This document shows positions 45,152 to 53,458 of a stretch of 64,000 bases of DNA, piece by piece. The stretch is from Smithella sp. (GTDB taxonomy: Bacteria > Desulfobacterota > Syntrophia > Syntrophales > Smithellaceae): the NCBI GenBank assembly GCA_049523355.1, contig JBEKMY010000001.1, forward strand, positions 8,962-72,961, given 5' to 3'. Numbering within the stretch: position 1 is the stretch's first letter; the number at the start of each line of letters is the position of its first letter. Under the pieces are notes generated by a model, which did not search any database, was not told the DNA's origin, and worked only from the letters and a program-made list of their open reading frames with translations. Both the position numbers and the translations under genes were made by a program.

Positions 45152-45904
45152 ATGGTAATTTTGAAACTTCCGGATGAAATTGAAAAAGCGAGAGCAAGTA
45201 ATCGTATCGTTGCAGAGGTTTTAAGTAAGCTCAGGGAAAAAGTAAGGCCGGGTGTCAGAACAAGGGACTTGGATAAATTTGCCGAGGAAATTTCCCAAAA
45301 AAGAGGAGCCAAACCGGCATTTAAAGGTTACCATGGCTATCCTTATTCCCTTTGTATATCGGTAAATGAAGTAGTAGTACACGGGATGCCTTCAGAAGAA
45401 AGTGTATTGAAAGAAGGCGATATTGTGGGACTTGATTTTGGTGTTTGTTATCAGGGCTTTTTCGGAGATGCGACTATAACGTTGCCGGTAGGTAAAGTGA
45501 ATGAAAAAGCTTTAAGGCTTATACAAGTTACTGAACAGAGTCTATACGCAGGTATAGAACAAGCCAAAGATGGTAATAGACTGGGCGATATATCAGCTGC
45601 TATTCAATATGTAGTCGAAGATGCCGGTTATTCGGTAGTCAGAGATTTTGTTGGTCATGGAATAGGTAAGGATCTGCATGAAGATCCGCAGATTCCTAAT
45701 TTTGGGAAAAAAGGACGAGGAATCGAACTGAAAAGAGGTATGATTTTGGCCATTGAGCCGATGGTAAATGCCGGGAAATATAAAGTAAAGGTTTTACCGG
45801 ATGGCTGGACAGTGATTACAGAGGATGGAAGTTTATCGGCTCATTTTGAGCACTCGGTAGCAATTACTGATAACGGACCGGACATATTAAGTAAATTGAA
45901 TTGA
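45152..45904 (+). CDS. map: Type I methionine aminopeptidase
   Basis: VVHGMP, GHGIG, LHEDP, AIEPM, SAHFEHS. Confidence 0.97.
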   Translation: MVILKLPDEIEKARASNRIVAEVLSKLREKVRPGVRTRDLDKFAEEISQKRGAKPAFKGYHGYPYSLCISVNEVVVHGMPSEESVLKEGDIVGLDFGVCYQGFFGDATITLPVGKVNEKALRLIQVTEQSLYAGIEQAKDGNRLGDISAAIQYVVEDAGYSVVRDFVGHGIGKDLHEDPQIPNFGKKGRGIELKRGMILAIEPMVNAGKYKVKVLPDGWTVITEDGSLSAHFEHSVAITDNGPDILSKLN

Positions 45905-45956
45905 TGATTTCCTTGATTTGAAAGGTAAAATTATTTAAGTAAAACAGATAAAAAGT

Positions 45957-46175
45957 ATGGCCAAAGAGGAAGCAATAGAAGTTGAAGGTCGGGTTATTGA
46001 GCCATTACCCAATGCAATGTTCAGGGTAGAACTCGAAAACGGGCATAAAGTATTAGCTCATATATCCGGTAAAATGCGCATGCATTTTATCAAGATATTG
46101 CCGGGGGATAAAGTGACGGTAGAACTTTCCCCTTATGATTTAACCCGGGGCAGAATTACTTATAGAACTAAGTAA
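45957..46175 (+). CDS. infA: Translation initiation factor IF-1
   Basis: [25 protein letters not shown]. Confidence 0.98.
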   Translation: MAKEEAIEVEGRVIEPLPNAMFRVELENGHKVLAHISGKMRMHFIKILPGDKVTVELSPYDLTRGRITYRTK

Positions 46176-46211
46176 AAAATATTTTTTTACTGAAAATAAG
46201 GAGTCAAAATC

Positions 46212-46325
46212 GTGAAAGTAAGATCGTCAGTGAAAAAAATATGTGAGAAATGCAAAATAGTCAAACGCAAGGGAGTTTTGCGGGTTATCTGCGAAAACCC
46301 CAAGCATAAGCAGCGTCAGGGCTAG
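46212..46325 (+). CDS. rpmJ: 50S ribosomal protein L36 (not in the ORF track)
   Basis: [37 protein letters not shown]; GTG start, AAGGAG RBS. Confidence 0.97.
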   Translation: MKVRSSVKKICEKCKIVKRKGVLRVICENPKHKQRQG

Positions 46326-46350
46326 TTTTTAACATTCAGGAGGTTTATAG

Positions 46351-46719
46351 GTGGCACGAATTTCAGGTGTTGATTTACCGAAAAATAAAAGAATGGAAGT
46401 TGCTTTAACTTATATTTATGGTATCGGCAAAACGAGGGCAAAGCAAATCCTGAAAGATTCGGGTGTTAGCCCGGATACAAAAACTGACGAACTGGCCGAC
46501 TCCGAAATATCGGCGATCAGAGGCATCATCGATAAAGAGGGCAAAGTGGAGGGCGATCTGCGCAGGGAAGTATCCATGTCGATCAAACGATTGATGGATA
46601 TTGGCACTTACCGGGGATTGCGGCATCGTAAGGGACTTCCGGTAAATGGACAGAGAACGCACACCAACGCTCGAACAAGAAAAGGTCCGCGGCGCGCTAT
46701 TGCAGGCAAGAAAAAGTAA
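46351..46719 (+). CDS. rpsM: 30S ribosomal protein S13
   Basis: [22 protein letters not shown]. Confidence 0.98.
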   Translation: MARISGVDLPKNKRMEVALTYIYGIGKTRAKQILKDSGVSPDTKTDELADSEISAIRGIIDKEGKVEGDLRREVSMSIKRLMDIGTYRGLRHRKGLPVNGQRTHTNARTRKGPRRAIAGKKK

Positions 46720-46731
46720 TTTGGAGGCATA

Positions 46732-47124
46732 ATGGTTAAGGCAGTCAGAAAAACTGGCAAAAAAAAGGAAAAGAAAAACATTACCGATGGTATTGCGCAT
46801 ATTCAATCCACGTTTAATAATACTATTGTTACAATAACTGATTTGAGTGGTAATGTCATTGCATGGTCGTCATCCGGATTACAGGGCTTTAAGGGTTCGC
46901 GTAAAAGCACTCCTTTTGCCGCGCAAATGGCTGCGGAAGATGTTGTGCGTAAAGCCAAGGAGCAAGGAATGCGCAGAGTGCAAGTATATATAAAAGGTCC
47001 CGGATCGGGGAGAGAATCGGCATTGCGATCATTACAGCTTGCCGGGCTTACAATTACCCTGATTCGCGATGTGACGCCGGTTCCGCATAACGGATGCAGA
47101 CCCCCGAAACGTCGCAGAGTATAA
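46732..47124 (+). CDS. rpsK: 30S ribosomal protein S11
   Basis: [23 protein letters not shown]. Confidence 0.98.
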   Translation: MVKAVRKTGKKKEKKNITDGIAHIQSTFNNTIVTITDLSGNVIAWSSSGLQGFKGSRKSTPFAAQMAAEDVVRKAKEQGMRRVQVYIKGPGSGRESALRSLQLAGLTITLIRDVTPVPHNGCRPPKRRRV

Positions 47125-47173
47125 CAGAATCGTAAATTACGAATAATATTTTAGATAATAAGGGAGGCTTTTT

Positions 47174-47803
47174 TTGGCAAGATATACGGATTCCTCATGC
47201 AGATTGTGTCGACGTGAAGGATTAAAATTATTTTCTAAAGGCGACAGATGCTATTCGGAAAAATGTTCCTTCGAAAGAAGGGATTATGTTCCGGGAGATC
47301 ACGGTCAGGCGCATAAAAAGCAGCGCTCTGATTATGGTGTACAATTACGTGAAAAGCAAAAGCTCAAGAGAATGTACGGGCTTTTGGAAAAGCAGTTTAG
47401 AGGCTATTTTGAAAAGGCTGATAAGCAAAAGGGCATTACAGGAACAAATTTGCTTGTACTTCTGGAAAGAAGAATGGACAATATGATATTTCGTATGGGA
47501 TTTGCTAATTCCAGAATTGAGGCAAGGCAATTAATCAGTCATGGTCATTTTTTAATTAATGGCAAGCCGTTTAATATTCCATCGTATTTGCTTAAAGCCG
47601 GAGATGAAGTTTGCGTTAAAGAAGGCAGCCGTAAGATAACTCGTATAATGGGAGCAATTGAAACGGTGGCAAGACGTGGCGTGCCTCATTGGCTGGAATT
47701 GGATAAAGATAACTTCAAGGCCTCTATTAAAATGTTGCCTGTGCGTGAAGATTTAACAATGCCGGTTCAGGAACAACTTGTTGTCGAACTTTATTCGAAG
47801 TAA
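47174..47803 (+). CDS. rpsD: 30S ribosomal protein S4 (zinc-binding type)
   Basis: [28 protein letters not shown]. Confidence 0.98.
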   Translation: MARYTDSSCRLCRREGLKLFSKGDRCYSEKCSFERRDYVPGDHGQAHKKQRSDYGVQLREKQKLKRMYGLLEKQFRGYFEKADKQKGITGTNLLVLLERRMDNMIFRMGFANSRIEARQLISHGHFLINGKPFNIPSYLLKAGDEVCVKEGSRKITRIMGAIETVARRGVPHWLELDKDNFKASIKMLPVREDLTMPVQEQLVVELYSK

Positions 47804-47849
47804 AAATAAATTATTTTCATAAACCAGCTACTAAAGGATGGGTTTAATT

Positions 47850-48818
47850 ATGCAAAGGAACTGGTCAAGTTTGATTCGTCCCAAGCGTATTGATGTTGAT
47901 GAAGCGACTCATACGAATTTATATGGAGAGTTTGCCATTCAGCCCTTGGAAAGGGGTTTTGGTATTACTTTAGGTAATGCGTTAAGGAGAGTGTTGCTTT
48001 CTTCTGTTCAGGGTTGTGCTATTGTTTCCGCCAGGATTGAAGGCGTATTGCACGAGTTTTCAACTGTACCCGGAGTTAAAGAAGATGTGACAGATATTAT
48101 TTTGAACTTAAAAGGTGTGCGCTTTAAAATGGGACAAGCGAGCACTAAAGAGGTTAGTATTGATGTAACTCGTGTCGGAACTATAACAGCTGCAGATATT
48201 ATCACTGACAGCAATATTGAGGTTTTGAATCCGGATCATCATATTGCTACTATATCCAGCGGTTCTTTTAAGGCAAAATTGATCGTTAAAATGGGCAAGG
48301 GTTACGTGCCTGCCAAAAAGGAACTTGAGCCTGACCAACCTAAAGGTACGATTAATATTGACGCTATTTTTTCACCGATTAAAAAAGTGAATTATATCGT
48401 TTCCTATGCGCGCGTAGGTCAAATTGCCGATTATGACAAACTTACACTGGAAGTTTGGACGGATGGCAGTGTAAAACCTGAAGATGCCATTGCTTATTCC
48501 GCGAAAATATTAAAACAACAGTTAGACGTGTTTATTAACTTTGAGGAAATTGAGGAAGAAATTATACCGGAAAAACTGGATGAACAAGATAATGTAAATA
48601 AAGTCTTGTTGCGTTCGGTAGAAGATTTAGAACTATCTGTTCGATCAGCCAACTGCCTGAAAAATGCCGGAATCAATACCATAGGCGAGTTAGTGAAAAA
48701 AACAGAAGCGGAGATGCTCAAAACAAAGAATTTTGGGCGTAAATCATTAAGCGAAATAAAAGATATTCTTAACGAATATGATCTTACTTTTGGGATGGAT
48801 ATTAATCCCGAAAATTAG
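47850..48818 (+). CDS. rpoA: RNA polymerase alpha subunit
   Basis: [32 protein letters not shown]; ORF open to 47838. Confidence 0.98.
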   Translation: MQRNWSSLIRPKRIDVDEATHTNLYGEFAIQPLERGFGITLGNALRRVLLSSVQGCAIVSARIEGVLHEFSTVPGVKEDVTDIILNLKGVRFKMGQASTKEVSIDVTRVGTITAADIITDSNIEVLNPDHHIATISSGSFKAKLIVKMGKGYVPAKKELEPDQPKGTINIDAIFSPIKKVNYIVSYARVGQIADYDKLTLEVWTDGSVKPEDAIAYSAKILKQQLDVFINFEEIEEEIIPEKLDEQDNVNKVLLRSVEDLELSVRSANCLKNAGINTIGELVKKTEAEMLKTKNFGRKSLSEIKDILNEYDLTFGMDINPEN

Positions 48819-48891
48819 AATAAAAAATCAATGTAATATTGACACAGGAAATATTTTTAATTTAATCAGTTAGGAAAGGAAGATATCAGCG

Positions 48892-49317
48892 ATGCATCAT
48901 GGTAAAACGGGCAGTAAATTAGGCAGAACTTCCAGCCATAAGGAAGCGATGCTTCGTAATATGGTGACTTCTGTTATAAAACATGAACGTATTCGTACGA
49001 CAGACATGAAGGCAAAAGAGTTAAGAAAAATAGCCGATAAGATGGTTACTTTGGGAAAAAGAGGCAGTTTGCATGCGCGCCGTCAGGCTTTGGCTGTTGT
49101 CCGGGATGAAACTTTAGTTGGTAAACTTTTCGGCGAACTTACCGAACGCTACCGCGACCGTGAAGGTGGATACACAAGAATTGTCAAAGCGGGTTACCGT
49201 TTTGGTGATAACGCTCCTGTTTCAATTTTAGAATTTATTCCTGATGAAAAAAAGAAGGAAAAAGCAAAACCAAAAGCTAAAGCGAAATCAAAAGTGAAAG
49301 AAAAGACAGTTGAATAG
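48892..49317 (+). CDS. rplQ: 50S ribosomal protein L17
   Basis: GGYTRI, GDNAP; Lys/Ala-rich tail. Confidence 0.98.
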   Translation: MHHGKTGSKLGRTSSHKEAMLRNMVTSVIKHERIRTTDMKAKELRKIADKMVTLGKRGSLHARRQALAVVRDETLVGKLFGELTERYRDREGGYTRIVKAGYRFGDNAPVSILEFIPDEKKKEKAKPKAKAKSKVKEKTVE

Positions 49318-49339
49318 CTTGTTCATACATTAGAAAGTG

Positions 49340-49371
49340 AAAAAAGGCAGGGTCATAACCCTGCCTTTTTT
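49340..49371 (+). terminator. Rho-independent terminator of the alpha operon
   Basis: GGCAGGGT-CATA-ACCCTGCC-TTTTTT. Confidence 0.9.
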
Positions 49372-49459
49372 ATTATAAATATTTTTATATTATTAACCAT
49401 TCACCTTTTATAACCATGGCTTTCTTGTATTTGTAGATATCAAAATTAATTCAAAAATC

Positions 49460-49503
49460 TTTTAACATAAAATTAAGATAACTGTAATACGCCTGTATCA
49501 TCG
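49460..49503 (+). promoter_or_regulatory. Candidate Pho-box array (11-bp periodic direct repeats)
   Basis: TTTTAACATAA AATTAAGATAA CTGTAATACGC CTGTATCATCG. Confidence 0.5.
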
Positions 49504-49556
49504 GATGCGTATATATATTAATATACATTAATATACGCTGATCGGAGGATTACAAA

Positions 49557-51869
49557 TTGAATTCTGTTAACCAAGTTGAGTTTATGCGAAAAGAAAGTAG
49601 CCGCTATATTGAAAAAAGAGGAAGCATAAATCAAATAAGCCAACACCCTGAGCTATTATCGAAGGTATACATTAGCCTTAAAAGCGGGAAATGTGTTATT
49701 CTTTTTTATTTTGACATTGCCCGATTTCATGAAATCCAGCAAGTCGCCGGTTTTGAGAGCGCCCAGCATATTATTGATTTATTTAATGAAACGATAGCGT
49801 ATGGCCTGAAAGAATTATACAAAAAAGAAATTAGTATATTATCTGTTGAAAGTCTATGGGGAGATGATTTCATTGTCTTTGCTGAGACTATCAAATTTCC
49901 TACACTGGCAACTCTGGAATATCTTTCTACTGCTTACCGTAAACAAATTAAAGAAAGCATGAACAAAGAAATTCTGCGTCTCACGGGACGGGATATGGAT
50001 GTACATGTCGGTTACTCAATAATTACCGAGAGTGTCCCTAACGTGGAAATGCAGCTTTACAACGCAATAAAGAGAGCATTTGGCATAGCAAAAGGATTTA
50101 TTAACATGAAATCTGTTAAGTATCTTCCCGAGTTCAAAGACATCCTCGACCAGAAGAAACTGTATTCTGTGTACCAACCCATTATATCCATTCGTTCCGC
50201 TGTTATCCTGGGCTGGGAAGCCCTGATCAGGGGTGCTGAAAACAGTTATTTCCAAGGTCCTGAAAACATTTTTTCATTTGCGGAGTCTGAAGGTCTCCTT
50301 TTTCCTTTGGAAAAAATATGCCGCGAATCGGCTTTAAATAATCTTGGAGAACTCGGATCAGACCAGAAGATATTTATAAACGTCCATCCGAATACTATTA
50401 ATGATCCTGCTTTTACAGAAGGAGAAACCATCAGAATCATCCAAGATCTTCATATCAAAACTAAAAATGTTGTTTTTGAGATCACGGAAAGGCATCATAT
50501 TGATGATTTTATATCATTAAACAGAACACTGACACACTATCGTGATCAGGGGTTTCTGATAGCCGTGGATGATTTAGGATGCGGTTTTTCCAATCTTCAG
50601 TCCATCGCTGAAATCCGCCCTGATTATATCAAAATCGATATGTCTTTGGTCAGGGGAATTCATAAAGATGGCGTCAAGAAAGCTTTGATGGAAACCTTTG
50701 TCACCTTTGCCGAAAAGATCGGCTCTGAAATCATTGCTGAAGGTATAGAAGAAGAGGCAGAGATGGCTGCATTGGTCGACATTGGTGTGCATTACGGTCA
50801 AGGTTATTTCTTTGGCAAACCGGCTTACCCCAAACAAATTACTCCGGAAGAAGCATATTTGAAAACGCTTCATTTTGTTACGAATGGACGTCATAACCTT
50901 TTCAAACAAGCATTTCCTATAGGCGACATGGTCGATAAAGTTGTCGGTATCGACGAACAAACAGTAGTAAAGGATGTGAAGGCTATATTTGAAGAAAACA
51001 CAGCACTCTCCGGAATTGTAGTTGTTGAAAACAATAAACCCTGCGGCTTGGTCATGCGCCAGCATCTGGACAAGCATCTTGGAAGAAAATACGGATATGC
51101 ATTGTATAGTGATAAACCCATTTCCAAAATTATGAATAAAAATCCACTCATTGTAGCCGACAACACACCTATCGAACTTGTATCTCAGATCGCCATGAAC
51201 CGTAATAAAATGAACCTCTATGACAGTATCATAGTCACCAGAGATGAATTGCTACACGGAGTTGTCAGTGTTCAAATCATTCTTGATACCATGACAAGAA
51301 TCAGGTTGGAATTGGCCAAAGGCGCCAATCCGCTGACAGGTCTCCCCGGCAATATTGCTATAGAGCAAGAGCATTCCAGATGCGCTAAAAATGACAAACC
51401 TTTCAGTGTCATTTTTATCGATCTTGATAATTTTAAATCTTATAATGACAAATACGGATTTGAAAAAGGCGATGAGGTTCTTATTTATACAGCTAATATA
51501 CTTAAAAATGGACTTGAGAAATGCTGTAAAAATTATTATTTTCTCGGACACATAGGAGGAGATGATTTTATTATTTTTACAACAGATGATACAGTTGATT
51601 CATTGTGCAGCTTTTTGATAGAAAGATTCGATTCCGGTATTAAGGATTTATACAGTCTTGAAGATAGACAGGCAGGCGGTATTATGGCCTGTGACCGCTC
51701 AGGACAAGAGAGATGGTTTCCCTTTGTTTCCGTTTCATTGGCTGTTCTTGACTGTATCGCTGAAACCGGAAAGGACATGAAAGATATATCCAGCAGAGGG
51801 GCGAAGTTAAAGCAATACGCCAAATCAATGCCCGGAAGCTTATACGTACGTGATCGCAGAAGTGAATGA
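49557..51869 (+). CDS. c-di-GMP turnover protein: degenerate GGDEF - EAL - CBS pair - GGDEF
   Basis: WGDDF; YQPI, WEALIRG, FEITE, DDLGCG, IKID, IAEGIE, GQGY; CBS pair; NPLTGLPGN, DLDNFKSYND, GGDDF; TTG start after GGAGG. Confidence 0.9.
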   Translation: MNSVNQVEFMRKESSRYIEKRGSINQISQHPELLSKVYISLKSGKCVILFYFDIARFHEIQQVAGFESAQHIIDLFNETIAYGLKELYKKEISILSVESLWGDDFIVFAETIKFPTLATLEYLSTAYRKQIKESMNKEILRLTGRDMDVHVGYSIITESVPNVEMQLYNAIKRAFGIAKGFINMKSVKYLPEFKDILDQKKLYSVYQPIISIRSAVILGWEALIRGAENSYFQGPENIFSFAESEGLLFPLEKICRESALNNLGELGSDQKIFINVHPNTINDPAFTEGETIRIIQDLHIKTKNVVFEITERHHIDDFISLNRTLTHYRDQGFLIAVDDLGCGFSNLQSIAEIRPDYIKIDMSLVRGIHKDGVKKALMETFVTFAEKIGSEIIAEGIEEEAEMAALVDIGVHYGQGYFFGKPAYPKQITPEEAYLKTLHFVTNGRHNLFKQAFPIGDMVDKVVGIDEQTVVKDVKAIFEENTALSGIVVVENNKPCGLVMRQHLDKHLGRKYGYALYSDKPISKIMNKNPLIVADNTPIELVSQIAMNRNKMNLYDSIIVTRDELLHGVVSVQIILDTMTRIRLELAKGANPLTGLPGNIAIEQEHSRCAKNDKPFSVIFIDLDNFKSYNDKYGFEKGDEVLIYTANILKNGLEKCCKNYYFLGHIGGDDFIIFTTDDTVDSLCSFLIERFDSGIKDLYSLEDRQAGGIMACDRSGQERWFPFVSVSLAVLDCIAETGKDMKDISSRGAKLKQYAKSMPGSLYVRDRRSE

Positions 51870-51882
51870 AACAATTCCTTAT

Positions 51883-51977
51883 AAGGCAAAGGCAAACATG
51901 AAAGCAAAGGCAACCCGAAAAGCCTGATAATACATTGTGGAATGAAAAGGGATGGTTATAACCATCCCTTTTTTATT
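51883..51977 (+). repeat. Diverged duplicate of the rplQ 3' end and its terminator
   Basis: Reads KAKANMKAKATRKA* versus rpl[15 protein letters not shown]; then ATACATT..TGAAAA and a terminator homologous to 49325-49374. Confidence 0.55.
51945..51974 (+). terminator. Rho-independent terminator
   Basis: GGGATGGT-TATA-ACCATCCC-TTTTTT. Confidence 0.9.
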
Positions 51978-52097
51978 GTTGTTTTTTAGCGGCAAAAAAT
52001 GTATTAACTTTTTAAAGGCGTTTTTGCTAATGCCATTTCGATGAATTGTTTTGTTGAAGCATTAATTTGCATACAAAATAACAGTGGAGGTCTGATT

Positions 52098-52358
52098 ATG
52101 GCAGAAAAGAAAATTGGCGAAGTAATGAAGTATTTTTCGAAACCTTCCGTGGCGGCGGTAAAAATAACGGAAGGCGAATTATCTGTAGGCGACAGCATAA
52201 AATTATCCGGACATACTACTGATTTCACGGATGTTATCGAATCAATGGAAGTAGAAAATAAATCCGTTCAAAAGGCTGTAGCCGGCGACTTCATTGGTGT
52301 CAAAGTTTCCGATCGCGTTCGTCCGGGCGATGAAGTGTTTAAAATAATACCGGATTAA
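52098..52358 (+). CDS. Small translation-elongation-factor-like beta-barrel protein (EF-Tu domain II / U32 C-terminal-like)
   Basis: KIGEVMKYFSKPSVAAV, LSVGDSI, GHTTDF, ESME, VRPGDEVF; GGAGG RBS. Confidence 0.7.
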   Translation: MAEKKIGEVMKYFSKPSVAAVKITEGELSVGDSIKLSGHTTDFTDVIESMEVENKSVQKAVAGDFIGVKVSDRVRPGDEVFKIIPD

Positions 52359-52475
52359 ATTCCGTCTCGTTGATGTGTTTCGAACTTTTGTAAGTTCCTT
52401 TTTGCAACGAGTTAAAGAAGTGGTTCACTTAAAATGCGACACTTATTACATCTCTTGCCAATGGTTTAATTTTTT

Positions 52476-53174
52476 ATGTCTAAAATTCTGATTGTTGATG
52501 ACGAACAGGACATAGTAGAACTCATTTCTTATAATCTGGAGAAAGAAGGGTTCTCTACAATAAAAGCCTATGACGGTGTTTCCGTCTTCAATATAATCGC
52601 GACGAAAAAACCTGACCTGCTGATTCTGGATTTGATGTTGCCCGGCATGAATGGGCTGGACATCTGTAAGAAGATTCGTGCCAATCCGGCGACCGCTGAT
52701 TTGCCGATAATCATGCTTACAGCCAAGGGCGACGAATTAGATAAAATAATCGGGCTGGAAATCGGCGCCGATGATTACATTACCAAACCTTTCAGTGTCA
52801 AAGAATTGGTCGCCCGTGTTAGAACTATCTTGAGGCGTTCGCAGGACAAGCCCAAAACTGCATTGCAGGAACAGTTTAATTATAAGGGGCTGGCAATAAA
52901 TTACTCTTCCTGCACCGTGAAGGTTGACGGCAAACCCGTAACGTTAAGCCCCACGGAGCTTAAACTTCTTTTCTTTTTTTCCCGTAATCCCGGCAGAGTC
53001 TATTCGAGAAATCAGCTTCTTGATCAGGTATGGGGCGATGATACTTTTATCACCGACCGCGCGGTGGATGTTCACATTCGCCGCCTGCGCAGCCAGATTG
53101 AGAAAGATGTGGAAAATCCTCGTTATGTTTTGACAATTCGGGGATTCGGTTATAAATTTACCGAGATCAAATGA
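52476..53174 (+). CDS. phoB: PhoB/PhoP-type OmpR-family response regulator
   Basis: REC (LDLMLPG, GADDYITKPF) plus winged helix (SRNQLLDQVWG, RAVDVHIRRLR, TIRGFGY); pst/phoR locus context. Confidence 0.85.
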   Translation: MSKILIVDDEQDIVELISYNLEKEGFSTIKAYDGVSVFNIIATKKPDLLILDLMLPGMNGLDICKKIRANPATADLPIIMLTAKGDELDKIIGLEIGADDYITKPFSVKELVARVRTILRRSQDKPKTALQEQFNYKGLAINYSSCTVKVDGKPVTLSPTELKLLFFFSRNPGRVYSRNQLLDQVWGDDTFITDRAVDVHIRRLRSQIEKDVENPRYVLTIRGFGYKFTEIK

Positions 53175-53382
53175 AGCCCCTTTTCCTCAAATGATGCTTA
53201 GTTTATCCGTGGACAGGCTATCATTTCAGAGTTGTGAACATTTTTAATTAAGTGAAATATTATTATTTAATCATAAAAAAATGGCACAAACTTTCTAAAT
53301 AGCTGAATTTCGGTAATAAATCCCCGGAAAATCATTTTCCCAAGTAAATCTTATTTTTATGTGTATTCAAATCTTATCTAGT

Positions 53383-53416
53383 CCTTCATCATAATGAAAC
53401 ATTGAAAAGTTATTAT
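53383..53416 (+). promoter_or_regulatory. Candidate Pho box plus -10 element of the four-gene operon
   Basis: CCTTCATCATA ATGAAACATTG is 15/22 identical to the pstS box; AACATT-N7-TATTAT has the same spacing as pstS AACATT-N7-TATGAT. Confidence 0.55.
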
Positions 53417-53458
53417 CTTTCCGCAAAGTTAAAGGAATATATTGGGAGGAGATATTAT

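Noticed and set aside
51880-51930. GGCAAAC...GAAAG...GCAAAG looked like a c-di-GMP-I riboswitch next to a GGDEF/EAL gene
   Set aside because: No P2/P3 helices can be formed. The segment is better explained as a Lys/Ala-codon relic of the rplQ tail.
53282-53296. TGGCACA as a sigma54 -24 element upstream of the ligase-like gene
   Set aside because: The -12 position reads TTCT rather than TTGC; the Pho-type promoter at 53383-53416 fits better.
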